This document shows positions 43,159 through 53,495 of a stretch of 64,000 nucleotides of DNA, in pieces. The DNA is from an uncultured Gemmatimonadaceae bacterium (lineage in GTDB: Bacteria; Gemmatimonadota; Gemmatimonadetes; Gemmatimonadales; Gemmatimonadaceae), in NCBI GenBank assembly GCA_963761305.1, contig CAVXGK010000002.1:1760001-1824000 (forward strand). The letters are read 5' to 3'. Position 1 is the stretch's first letter; the number at the start of each line of letters is the position of its first letter. The notes under the pieces were generated by a model, which saw only the letters and a program-made list of their open reading frames with translations, was not told where the DNA came from and did not search any database. Both the position numbers and the translations under genes were made by a program.

Positions 43159-44409
43159 GTGGCGTACAGCGTTCAGGAGGCGAGCGAGCGGATTCTCGCG
43201 GCGATTCGGCCGTTGGGAACCGAGCGCGTCCAACTGCACGACGCGCTCGGCCGCGTTCTCGCCGCCGACGCGCGGTCGACGATCGAGCATCCGCCGTGGG
43301 ACAACTCGTCGATGGACGGCTACGCGGTTCGTGCCGCCGACGTAGCCACGGCGACGGACGCGTCGCCCGTCGCGCTGCCGGTGAGCGAAACGGTGCGCGC
43401 CGGCCAGCGCCCCACGCGACCGTTGGCCACCGGGTGTGCGGTGCGCGTGATGACGGGCGCGCCGGTGCCCGACGGCACCGATACGGTGATTCGCGTCGAG
43501 GACACGGACGGCGGCGAGACGCGCGTCGTGATTCGCGACACGCGCGACGTGGGCCGCAACGTGCGACCGCGCGGCGAGGATCTGCAGGTCGGCAGCGTCG
43601 CCGTCGCCGGCGGCACGGTGATCGGCCCCGCGCAGCTCGGCGTGCTCGCGTCGATCGGCTGCGCGACGGTCGAGGTGCACCGCCGGCCGCGCCTGACGAT
43701 TCTGACGTCGGGCGACGAGCTGGTCGACGTCGACGAGTTCGATGCGGTGCGCCGAGGCGATCGTATCGTGTCGTCGAATGGGTACACCATCAGCGCTGCC
43801 GCCAAACTCGCTGGAGCAGACGTCGTCGATCTGGGCATCGTCCCCGACGATCCGGCGGTATACGCCGAGCGTCTTTCGCGCGCGCTCGATTCGGATCTGG
43901 TGATCACGACGGGCGGCGTATCGGTCGGCGCTTTCGACTTCACGAAAGACGTGATTCGCTCGCTCGGCGCGGATCTCCACCTCTGGCGCGTGCTGATGCG
44001 GCCCGGCGCGCCACTCGGCTTCGGCACGCTCAAAGGCGTGCCGTGGCTCGGACTGCCGGGGAATCCCGTGTCGGCGATGGTGACGTTCGAGATCTTCGCG
44101 CGCCCGGTGATTCGGCGACTGCGCGGCGAGCGCGACGTGTTCCCGCGCCCGATTCAGGTACGCGTGCGCGACGACGTGACGATCGCCGCGCCGCTCACGC
44201 ACTTCATGCGAGCCGTCGTCTCGTGGGACGACGGAACGCCCTGGGCGGCGCTGACCGGACCGCAGGGATCCGGTTTGCTCACGTCGATGTCGCTCGCCAA
44301 CGCGCTGCTCGTCGTGCCGCCGGACCGGCCGCTCGTACGCGCCGGCGAGACCGCGAACGCGATCCTGCTCGGCGACCGGGCCCTGTCGTCGGCATCACTC
44401 GCGCTGTGA
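43159..44409 (+). CDS. moeA: Molybdopterin molybdotransferase
   Basis: NSSMDGYA, MTGAPVP, SGDEL, TGGVSVG, LPGNPVS. Confidence 0.95.
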   Translation: MAYSVQEASERILAAIRPLGTERVQLHDALGRVLAADARSTIEHPPWDNSSMDGYAVRAADVATATDASPVALPVSETVRAGQRPTRPLATGCAVRVMTGAPVPDGTDTVIRVEDTDGGETRVVIRDTRDVGRNVRPRGEDLQVGSVAVAGGTVIGPAQLGVLASIGCATVEVHRRPRLTILTSGDELVDVDEFDAVRRGDRIVSSNGYTISAAAKLAGADVVDLGIVPDDPAVYAERLSRALDSDLVITTGGVSVGAFDFTKDVIRSLGADLHLWRVLMRPGAPLGFGTLKGVPWLGLPGNPVSAMVTFEIFARPVIRRLRGERDVFPRPIQVRVRDDVTIAAPLTHFMRAVVSWDDGTPWAALTGPQGSGLLTSMSLANALLVVPPDRPLVRAGETANAILLGDRALSSASLAL

Positions 44410-45113
44410 GCGATCAGGTCGTGACGAAGTCGCCTGAGATCGACGCGCTCGAAGCGTCGCTCGAGCGTCGTTTTCGCGTCGCGGAGACTCGCGTCGGCAT
44501 CGCGATACGCACGCTCGTGATTCGGCACCCGGCGAACGCCGAGGATTTGATCAGCGAAGAAGATTTCGAGCGAGACGAGCGGTTGCCCTATTGGGCGGAC
44601 ATCTGGCCATCGGCGCGCGTGCTCGCGGCCCGTCTTCTCGGCGAAAACGGAGCGGGACGGTCGCTGATCGAGTTGGGGTGCGGCGCGGGGTTGGTTTCCG
44701 CGGCGGCGGCGATCGCCGGCTTCGACGTCGTCGCGTCGGACTACTACGAGGATGCGTTGCGATTCGCGCGCCTCAACGCGACGCGAAATGCGGGGCGGGA
44801 GATCGCGACACGGCTGCTCGATTGGCGATCACTGCCGAGTGAGTCGATCAGGTACGATGTCGTGGTCGCATCGGATGTGCTTTACGAACGACCGTATGGA
44901 CCGCTGGTCGCCGCCGCGCTCGAACGGCTCCTGGCGTCGAACGGATTCGCGCTGATCGCCGATCCGGGGCGCGTCGGCCGAGAGGATTTCCTTCGCTCGC
45001 TGGAGCCGCTCGGGCTCGCCTTCACTCGGCGCGACGACGTCGCGTACGAGGAGGGCTCGATTCGACAGACGATCGCTGTGATTCGGATCGAGCGGGCCGC
45101 GACGAAAGATTGA
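44406..45113 (+). CDS. Class I SAM-dependent methyltransferase, family 16 (protein lysine MTase-like)
   Basis: LPYWADIWPSARVLA, IELGCGAGL, SDY, LDW, ASDVLYE, ADPGR. Confidence 0.8.
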   Translation: MSDQVVTKSPEIDALEASLERRFRVAETRVGIAIRTLVIRHPANAEDLISEEDFERDERLPYWADIWPSARVLAARLLGENGAGRSLIELGCGAGLVSAAAAIAGFDVVASDYYEDALRFARLNATRNAGREIATRLLDWRSLPSESIRYDVVVASDVLYERPYGPLVAAALERLLASNGFALIADPGRVGREDFLRSLEPLGLAFTRRDDVAYEEGSIRQTIAVIRIERAATKD

Positions 45114-45117
45114 GGCG

Positions 45118-47192
45118 CTAGACCGACGCGAGCCGCTCGGCGACCACCTCGGCGATGTCGACGACCGGCACGCTCGAATTGGCCGCCTTCACGCCGTCGC
45201 TCATCATCGTCATGCAGAACGGGCATGCAACGGCGATGCGGTCGGGCTCCAGCGCCAACAATTCCTCGGTGCGCTCGACGTTGATGCGTTTCCCCGTCCG
45301 CTCTTCCATGAACATCCGCCCGCCGCCCGCGCCGCAGCAGAGTCCACGGTCGCGCGTGCGCTTCGGCTCCACCAAGTCGACGACCGGCAACGCACGCCGA
45401 ATCGTCTCGCGCGGCGCGTCGTAGATGTCGTTGTAACGGCCCAGATAACACGAGTCGTGATACGCGACCGTGAGTCGCCGGCCATTCTCCGACTCGAGCG
45501 GCACGCGATGCTCGGCCAACAACCGCTCGATGTACGTCGAGTGGTGGATGACCTCGTAGTTGCCGCCCAACTGCGGAAACTCGTTGCCGATTTGATGGAA
45601 GCAGTGCGGGCAGCTCGTCACGATCGTCCGCACCCGATAGCGGTCCAGCGTTTCGATCGTGTCCTTGGCCAGCATCTGATAGAGGTACTCGTTGCCCATG
45701 CGGCGCGCTGGGTCGCCGTGGCAATGCTCTTCCTGGCCGAGGATCGCGAAGCTGATCTTGCACGCGTCGAGGATTTTCGCGAACGCGACGGTGATCTTCT
45801 TCGCCCGGTCGTCGAACGATCCCATGCAGCCGACCCAGAACAACACGTCCGGCCGCTCGCCTCGCTCGTGCATCTCGGCCATCGTGCGAACGTTCAGCCC
45901 GTTCGCCCAGTCGGCGCGATCGGCCGGATTGAACGCCCACGGCGAGCCGTTGCGCTCGAGCGACTCGAACGCCGGCTGAATCTCCTCAGGGAAGCGTGAC
46001 TCCGACAGCACGAGATTGCGACGCAGCTCGTTGATGATCTCGAGTTGGTCGATCGAGACCGGGCACTCGGTCACGCATGCGCGACAACTCGTGCACGCCC
46101 AGAGCTCGTCTTCCGTGATGTAGCCGTCGAGGAGCCGATGCTCGCTCGCCGTTCCGGCCTCCGCCGACGCGACCGCCGCGGTCTCGTGCGCCAACGCGGG
46201 TCCCTTGAACGCCATCCAGTCGCCCGTCACGACCGGCGCCTTCTCCATCAATCGCTGGCGCGTGTTGATGACGATCTTGCGCGGGCTGAGCGGCTTGCCG
46301 GTGATGTTCGCCGGACAGGCTGCGGTGCAACGGCCGCATTCGGTGCACGAATAGCCGTCGAGAAGATTCTTCCACGACAGCTGCTCGACGTCGGCCGCGC
46401 CGAACTGCGCGTTCTCGGCTTCGAGATCCATCGGCTTCATCGCGCCGCGCGTGCCCGGTCCGCTCGTATTCGACAGGTACACGTTGATGAGCGACGTCAC
46501 CACGTGCAGATGCTTCGAGTACGGCAGGTAGTTCAGGAACGTGAGAACCAACACCACGTGCGCCCACCAGAATCCACGAGCCCACGTCTCCGGCTGATGC
46601 ACCGACGGCGCGAGGAATCCGGCCAGCGCGCGCGACACGACCTTCTCCGGCCCGATCGTACCGCTCTCGGCGAGATACGTGCACGCGTTGGCGATCAGCA
46701 GCGTGACCATCAGACCACCGATCAGGCCCAGGATGATCAGCGCGTCGGCGTGCTCGAGGTGATCGCCCTCGAGACGCTTGGGATGCAGGACCAGCCGTCT
46801 ATAGAACGCGAATGCCACGGCGGCGATGACCAGCGCCGCGAACGAGTCCTGCGAGAACGAGTAGAGCAGGTAGACCGGCTTGGGCAGCACGAGCGCGAAC
46901 GAGAATCCGCTGAACACGCCCTGCATCATGATCTCGACGGTGCCCGCCGTGAGGACGACGAAGCCCCAGAAGATCGTCGCGTGCATGAGCCCCGCCGGCT
47001 CCTCGCGGAAGATCTTGCTCTGTGCGATGCCGATCGAGATGAGATTCCGGATTCGCGTGCGCGGATCGTTGGTGCGATTCTCCGGAAGCCCGAGGCGCGC
47101 GTAGCGTACGAGACGCTGCACGTTGAGCGCGAACAAGCCCGCGCTCGCGGTGAACAACGCGAGGAAGATCGCGATCGACGTGGGGGCGGACA

Positions 47193-47193
<1 letters not shown>
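45118..47193 (-). CDS. Membrane Fe-S oxidoreductase (FadF/HdrD-like, CCG domains)
   Basis: N-terminal TM domain, CTECGRC..CP, CTSCRAC..CP, CPHC, YHDSC, CCGAGGG, CPFC. Confidence 0.9.
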
Positions 47194-48182
<989 letters not shown>

Positions 48183-48185
48183 GGC

Positions 48186-48938
48186 TCAGAGCACCTTCGC
48201 TTCGGTGTGGAGGAGACGCACGAGCTCGGGAACCGCGGCCACGCCTTCGCCGATGATTCGCCCCGGCGGACGATCGGGCGGAAGCTCCATCGACTTCACC
48301 AGCACGCGCGCCTGTCCGAGCTGCGCCGGTTTCGTCTCGAGCGACTTCTTCTTGGCCGCCATGATGTTCTTGAGCGACGGATAGCGCGGTCGCGCGATGC
48401 CTTCGTCGATCGTGATCGCCGCGGGCAACGAGAACTCGACGATCTCGCCGACACCCTCGAGCTCGCGCCTCGCCGTGCCTTTCCCGCTCGCGATGTCGAG
48501 CTTCGACGCCGCCGTCACGCACGCGATGCCAAGCAATTCCGCCGTCGCCGTGCCGACGACGCCGCCGGACGTGTCGAAGGCGTGCTTGCCGAACAGCACG
48601 AGATCGAACCCGCCGCCCTTGAGCTCCGCCGCGAGCGCTTTGGCGATCGCGAGACCGTCATATGGAACGGCGTCCGTCTTCAGTTGCACGGCGCGGTCGG
48701 CGCCCATGCTCATCGCCTTGCGCAGCGTTTCCTGCACAGAGTCCGGACCCACCGCGTAGACGACCGTCTCGCCGGGCCCCTGTTTTTCGTTGAGTTGCAG
48801 CGCGACCTCGACCGCGTAGCTCGCGAAATCGTCGATGTCGAACTTGAGCCCCGTCTCGTCGATCGACGCGCCGGAGCTTCCGATCCTGAATCGCGACTCC
48901 GAGTCCGGAGTTCGCTTGATGCAGACGGCGATTTTCAC
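48186..48938 (-). CDS. etfB: Electron transfer flavoprotein beta subunit
   Basis: KIAVCIKRTPD, AMSMGAD, PRYPSLKNIMAAKKK. GTG start. Confidence 0.93.
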   Translation of the reverse strand: MKIAVCIKRTPDSESRFRIGSSGASIDETGLKFDIDDFASYAVEVALQLNEKQGPGETVVYAVGPDSVQETLRKAMSMGADRAVQLKTDAVPYDGLAIAKALAAELKGGGFDLVLFGKHAFDTSGGVVGTATAELLGIACVTAASKLDIASGKGTARRELEGVGEIVEFSLPAAITIDEGIARPRYPSLKNIMAAKKKSLETKPAQLGQARVLVKSMELPPDRPPGRIIGEGVAAVPELVRLLHTEAKVL

Positions 48939-48969
48939 CGTCGATCCTCGCTGATGAGTTGGGGGGATC

Positions 48970-50142
48970 CTACTTGAACGCGTTGAGACCGGTGATCGCC
49001 TGTCCCAACACGAGCGAGTGCACGTCGTGCGTGCCCTCGTACGTGTAGACGCTCTCGAGATTCTCCATGTGCCGCATGGCCGAATACTCGGCGAGAATCC
49101 CGTTCGCGCCGAGCAGGCGCCGCGCTTCACGCGCGATGTCGGCGGCCATCGACACATTGTTGCGTTTGGCGAGCGACACTTGCTGCGGCGTGAACGTGCC
49201 CGCGTCTTTCATTCGGCCGAGGTGCAGCGACACGAGCTGGCCTTTCACGATCTCCGTGAGCATGTCGGCCAGCCGCTCCTGCTGAATCTGGAACCCGCCG
49301 ATCGGCCGATCGAACATCACGCGCGTCTTCGAATACGAGACCGCTTCCTCGAAGCACGCCATCGCCGCGCCGACGGCGCCCCACGAGATGCCGTATCGCG
49401 CCTGCGTGAGGCACATCAGCGGACTCTTGAGGCCGCCCGATTTCGGAAGAATCGCATCCGCCGGAAGACTGACGTCCTGGAATACAAGTTCGCTCGTGTC
49501 GCTGGCGCGCAGCGAGAGCTTGCCCTTCTGGTCCTTCGCCGTGAAACCCTTCGTGCCTGCCGGCACGATGAACCCGCGAATCGACGAGTCGGTCGAATCG
49601 CCGTTCGTCTTGGCCCACACGACGGCGATCTGTGCCGTCGAACCGTTCGTGATCCACATCTTGGCGCCGTTCAGCACCCACGTCCCGTCGCTCTGCTGGC
49701 GGGCCATCGTGATCATGCCGGACGGATTCGACCCGAAGTCCGGTTCCGTGAGGCCGAAGCACCCGATGATGTCGCCGGATGCCATCTTCGGCAGATACTG
49801 CTTGCGCTGCTCTTCGCTGCCAAACGCGTAGATGGGATACATCGCCAGGGCGCCCTGCACTGACGCGAACGACCGCACGCCCGAATCGCCACGCTCGAGC
49901 TCCTGCATGATCAGCCCATACGCGACGTTGTTCAGCCCCGCGCAGCCGTATTCCTCCGGCAGATTCGCCCCCAGCACGCCGAGCTCGGCCATCTTGGGAA
50001 CGATCTCGCGCGGGAAGCGACCGTCGACGTAGCACTTGCCGATGATGGGGAGCACGTGCTCGTCGACGAACGCGCGCACACTGGCCCGCACTGCACGCTC
50101 CTCCTCGGAGAGGAGCGAATCGATGTTGAAGAAATCGAGCAT
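48970..50142 (-). CDS. Acyl-CoA dehydrogenase (glutaryl-CoA dehydrogenase-like)
   Basis: ELERGDSG.RS, FGLTEPDFGS, KMWITNG, LGANGI, TYEGTHDVH. Confidence 0.9.
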   Translation of the reverse strand: MLDFFNIDSLLSEEERAVRASVRAFVDEHVLPIIGKCYVDGRFPREIVPKMAELGVLGANLPEEYGCAGLNNVAYGLIMQELERGDSGVRSFASVQGALAMYPIYAFGSEEQRKQYLPKMASGDIIGCFGLTEPDFGSNPSGMITMARQQSDGTWVLNGAKMWITNGSTAQIAVVWAKTNGDSTDSSIRGFIVPAGTKGFTAKDQKGKLSLRASDTSELVFQDVSLPADAILPKSGGLKSPLMCLTQARYGISWGAVGAAMACFEEAVSYSKTRVMFDRPIGGFQIQQERLADMLTEIVKGQLVSLHLGRMKDAGTFTPQQVSLAKRNNVSMAADIAREARRLLGANGILAEYSAMRHMENLESVYTYEGTHDVHSLVLGQAITGLNAFK

Positions 50143-50151
50143 CCCGGGAAT

Positions 50152-50931
50152 TTACGACGATCGGTGCGCCACGGCCCGTTTTGCCGCCGCATCGATGCCC
50201 ACATCCCGCGCCTTGGCTCGGAACCGAGGCCCATGGTCGATCGGCAGTCCGTTCTCGTCCTGCCACTGGTGCACCATCTCGTGCATCAGCGTGTGGACGA
50301 CCTCGTCCCACCGATGACGCCGCGCGTGCCGCCAACTGATCGCGATTTCCCCGACCGCCTTCGCCGTTTGCCGTTCCGGTCCAGCGGTCGACCGGTCCCC
50401 CGGTCCACCTGCCGGCCGGTCCACCGGTCCACCCGCCGAATAGTGCCCCAGCCGGCTCTTCATCCGGCGTGACACTCGAATCGGAACCGCCCGCAGCGTG
50501 CCGCCGAAGTACTCGTCGTTCAGCCGGGCATGCCACTCGGCGAGCTTGTGCGCGAGCGGCTCGTCCTCGGGGCGCGTGCGCTCGCGGCGGCCGCTGTCGC
50601 GCCACGCCGAGCCCGAGTGCGCCACGATGCGTTTGCTCGCCGCTCGGCGTTCGGCGCGCGAGCGGCTCTCGACGAACGCGACGATCGCTTCGTGCACGTC
50701 GAGGGGCGCGTCGAGGTAGCCTTCGTGGACGCGAAGCTCGTCGCCGCGCCAACTCACCATCACGTTGGCGTTGCGAGTCAGCCGGCATCGCACGATCCGC
50801 TTGAGTCCCAGCGAGCGGAGCCTCGCGAGCAGGTCGTCGGCGGTGCGGAGCTGCCCGGCCTCGAGATCGAACGTGAGCTGCGCCGGATCGCGGCGTCCGC
50901 CCGCCAGCAACGATCTCAGCGCGCGAAACAT
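50152..50931 (-). CDS. SprT-like zinc metalloprotease domain protein
   Basis: LNDEYFGG.L, SRRMKSRLGHY, TLMHEMVHQW, DHGPRF. Confidence 0.8.
   Translation of the reverse strand: MFRALRSLLAGGRRDPAQLTFDLEAGQLRTADDLLARLRSLGLKRIVRCRLTRNANVMVSWRGDELRVHEGYLDAPLDVHEAIVAFVESRSRAERRAASKRIVAHSGSAWRDSGRRERTRPEDEPLAHKLAEWHARLNDEYFGGTLRAVPIRVSRRMKSRLGHYSAGGPVDRPAGGPGDRSTAGPERQTAKAVGEIAISWRHARRHRWDEVVHTLMHEMVHQWQDENGLPIDHGPRFRAKARDVGIDAAAKRAVAHRSS
50376..50431. repeat. Degenerate 8-bp tandem repeat (consensus CCGGTCCA, 7 units) inside the SprT-like gene
   Basis: ccggtcca gcggtcga ccggtccc ccggtcca cctgccgg ccggtcca ccggtcca. Confidence 0.8.
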
Positions 50932-51743
50932 TGGTCCGGTCCGGTGGAGAACGCGCGCGTTTGGCTCGACCACACGAGCGTCGTCACGCCGATCTCGCCG
51001 TCGCTGATGCGGATGCTGTTCACCGACGACGGCCGGCCGCCGCGCGACCGGTCGCTGATCGTGCCCGAGATCGAGACGACGGTGCCGCGCGGCGTGTCCT
51101 CGACGTAGTGCACCGCCTCCTGATGATCGTGGCCGCAGAGCACCAGGTTCACTTTCATCTCGCTGAACGCGCTGAGCAGCTGCTGCGTGTTCTTGAGTCC
51201 GTATCGCTGCGACAGCTGCCCCTTCACCGGGTTGTGATGCATCACGACGATGCGCGCGTCGCCCGACGGCGACCGCTCGAACTCCGCGCGCGCGTGCTCG
51301 ACCTGCGAGTGCGTCACGTGTCCGATGATCGACAGGTCGCGCATGTTCCAGGTGAGCGTCTGCATGGTGATGCCGTGCGACGTGTTGAGCCCCACGAACG
51401 TGGCGCCGGGCACGCGCAGCACCGGCTCGAGATTCGCCTCGACGTACATCCGGTATTTCGAGTAGAGGCGTCCGGGGTCGCCGATCCCGAGCGGCGCGAA
51501 CCACCAGGCCACGTCGTGGTTTCCGGGCACGACGATGGTTTGACTCACGCGCTGCGCTTGCCGAATGAACTCGCGCGCCCGCTGAAACTCGCCGGCGCGC
51601 GCCCGCTGTGACACGTCGCCCGAGATCGCGACGACGTCGTAGTGCCGGTCCTGGATCAGCGCTTCGATCGCCTCGTATTGCTCCGGCACCGCCGGGTGGC
51701 CGAAGTGCAGATCCGAACAGTGGAGGACGGTCAGCGCGCTCAC
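50916..51743 (-). CDS. Metallophosphoesterase (Icc/CpdA-like)
   Basis: SDLHFG, SGD, PGNHD, HHNP, GHDH. Confidence 0.88.
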   Translation of the reverse strand: MSALTVLHCSDLHFGHPAVPEQYEAIEALIQDRHYDVVAISGDVSQRARAGEFQRAREFIRQAQRVSQTIVVPGNHDVAWWFAPLGIGDPGRLYSKYRMYVEANLEPVLRVPGATFVGLNTSHGITMQTLTWNMRDLSIIGHVTHSQVEHARAEFERSPSGDARIVVMHHNPVKGQLSQRYGLKNTQQLLSAFSEMKVNLVLCGHDHQEAVHYVEDTPRGTVVSISGTISDRSRGGRPSSVNSIRISDGEIGVTTLVWSSQTRAFSTGPDQCFAR

Positions 51744-52753
51744 AGCTTGGCGATCACGGCCTCGGTGAATTGGTCGGTCGACGCGGAGCCGCCGAGGTCG
51801 CGCGTCACGGTGTTGCCCTCGCGAATCGTTCCCTCGAGCGCGCCGCGGATGCGCGACGCACGGCTGTCGTCGCCGATGTGCTCGAGCAGCATGCACGCGG
51901 CCAGGATCAGCGCCGACGGATTGGCGATGCCCTTTCCCGCGATGTCCGGCGCCGTCCCGTGTACGGCCTCGAAGATCGCGCCGTTGGCCCCGATGTTCGC
52001 GCCCGGCGTGAGCCCCAGACCACCGACCAGACCCGAGATCTCGTCCGAGAGAATGTCGCCGAACAGGTTTGTCGTGCAGATCACGTCGAACCGTTCCGGG
52101 TGCAGCACGAGGTTCATCGCCATCGCGTCGACGATGCGCTCGTCGAACTCGATCCGCCCCGCGTAGTCGCGCGCGACCATCCGTCCGGTGTCGAGAAAGA
52201 GACCCTGTGAGAATTTCAGAATGTTCGCCTTGTGGACGAGCGTGACCTTCTTGCGCCCGTACCGCACGGCGTAGTCGAACGCGTACCGCACGATTCGCTC
52301 CGACCCCGCGCGCGTGATGATCGCGACCGACTCGGCCGCGGCGCGCGGATCGTCGCCGACCTTGATGTAGTGCTCGACGCCGACGTAGAGCCCTTCGGTG
52401 TTCTCGCGAATCAATACCAGATCCAGGTTGCCGTACCGGCCGCCCGGCGCGATCGAGTGCGCGGGGCGCACGTTCGCGTAGAGATCGAACGTCTTTCGCA
52501 GCGCGACGTTGATCGAGCGAAAGCCTTCGCCGACCGGCGTCTCGAGCGGACCTTTGAGCGCCAGCTTCGTGCGCTTGATCGAGTCGAGCGTCGCGTCGGG
52601 AATCGGGTCGCCGAACAGCGCGACCCCCGCCATCCCCGCGACTTGCGGATCCCATTCGATGTCCGCGCCGGCTGCCGCGAGAATCTTGACGGTCGCGTTG
52701 CTGATCGACGGCCCGATTCCGTCGCCGGGAATCAGCGTGACTTGTCTGGTCAC
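51740..52753 (-). CDS. Isocitrate/isopropylmalate dehydrogenase family (NAD-dependent IDH-like)
   Basis: LIPGDGIG, SINVALRK, RENTEG, HKANI, NLFGDILSD, EAVHGTAPDIAG. Confidence 0.9.
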   Translation of the reverse strand: MTRQVTLIPGDGIGPSISNATVKILAAAGADIEWDPQVAGMAGVALFGDPIPDATLDSIKRTKLALKGPLETPVGEGFRSINVALRKTFDLYANVRPAHSIAPGGRYGNLDLVLIRENTEGLYVGVEHYIKVGDDPRAAAESVAIITRAGSERIVRYAFDYAVRYGRKKVTLVHKANILKFSQGLFLDTGRMVARDYAGRIEFDERIVDAMAMNLVLHPERFDVICTTNLFGDILSDEISGLVGGLGLTPGANIGANGAIFEAVHGTAPDIAGKGIANPSALILAACMLLEHIGDDSRASRIRGALEGTIREGNTVTRDLGGSASTDQFTEAVIAKL

Positions 52754-52760
52754 GACGATC

Positions 52761-53402
52761 TCACGGCGCGATGACGCTGCTGAGCTTGGCGGCGATGCTC
52801 GCCGTGATGGCGGGACCAAACTCCGAAACGGGATCGCTCGACACGTCGCCCACCCATCGCACCTGCACCAGTCGCGCGTCGATCAGCACCAGCCGCAACA
52901 CGCCGCGACCCATGCCCGGTCCCGCCGCCTCGAGCTTGAGCTCCACCGGCGCGAGCACCATGCGCGTGTCCTCGTGCAGCGCGACGATCGTGCGCAACTG
53001 CGACGCGATCGGCTCGGGGAGCTGTTGGTCGCCGCCGAGCGACGGCGATCGCAAGGGCTCTTCGGCCAGTGCGTGCGGGTCCGTCGCGTAGGTCGGGTTG
53101 CGGCGATACGCACTGTCCAAACCCGACGGCATCGTCCAACCGCGAATGTTGTGTTCCTCGAACGACGCGGCGATGTCGGCGTCCTGCATTCGCGCCACCT
53201 CGTTCAATCGCGGCACCGTCCAGCCGAGCCCCGGAACGACTCGAACCATATAGGTCGGGAGGACCACCACGTGTTGAGCGGCGAGGCCGGACAAGGCGTG
53301 TTCCGGGGGCTGGGACGGCGCCGGCTTCGAGCTTTTGCACGCCCCCAGAAAGGGCGCGACGGAAAGCAGCGCGAATGCGTAGAAAACCCGGGGGGACGAC
53401 AT
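52761..53402 (-). CDS. Hypothetical lipoprotein
   Basis: Lipobox FLGAC after a hydrophobic stretch. Fills the gap between icd and cstA. Confidence 0.65.
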   Translation of the reverse strand: MSSPRVFYAFALLSVAPFLGACKSSKPAPSQPPEHALSGLAAQHVVVLPTYMVRVVPGLGWTVPRLNEVARMQDADIAASFEEHNIRGWTMPSGLDSAYRRNPTYATDPHALAEEPLRSPSLGGDQQLPEPIASQLRTIVALHEDTRMVLAPVELKLEAAGPGMGRGVLRLVLIDARLVQVRWVGDVSSDPVSEFGPAITASIAAKLSSVIAP

Positions 53403-53495
53403 GCCGGGGAACTTAAACGGATCAACCCTTGTTGTCCCTTCTTTCGCAGCGCAATTTGGCTCCGGTCGTCCCTCAAAATCAGGAGCACTCGACAC

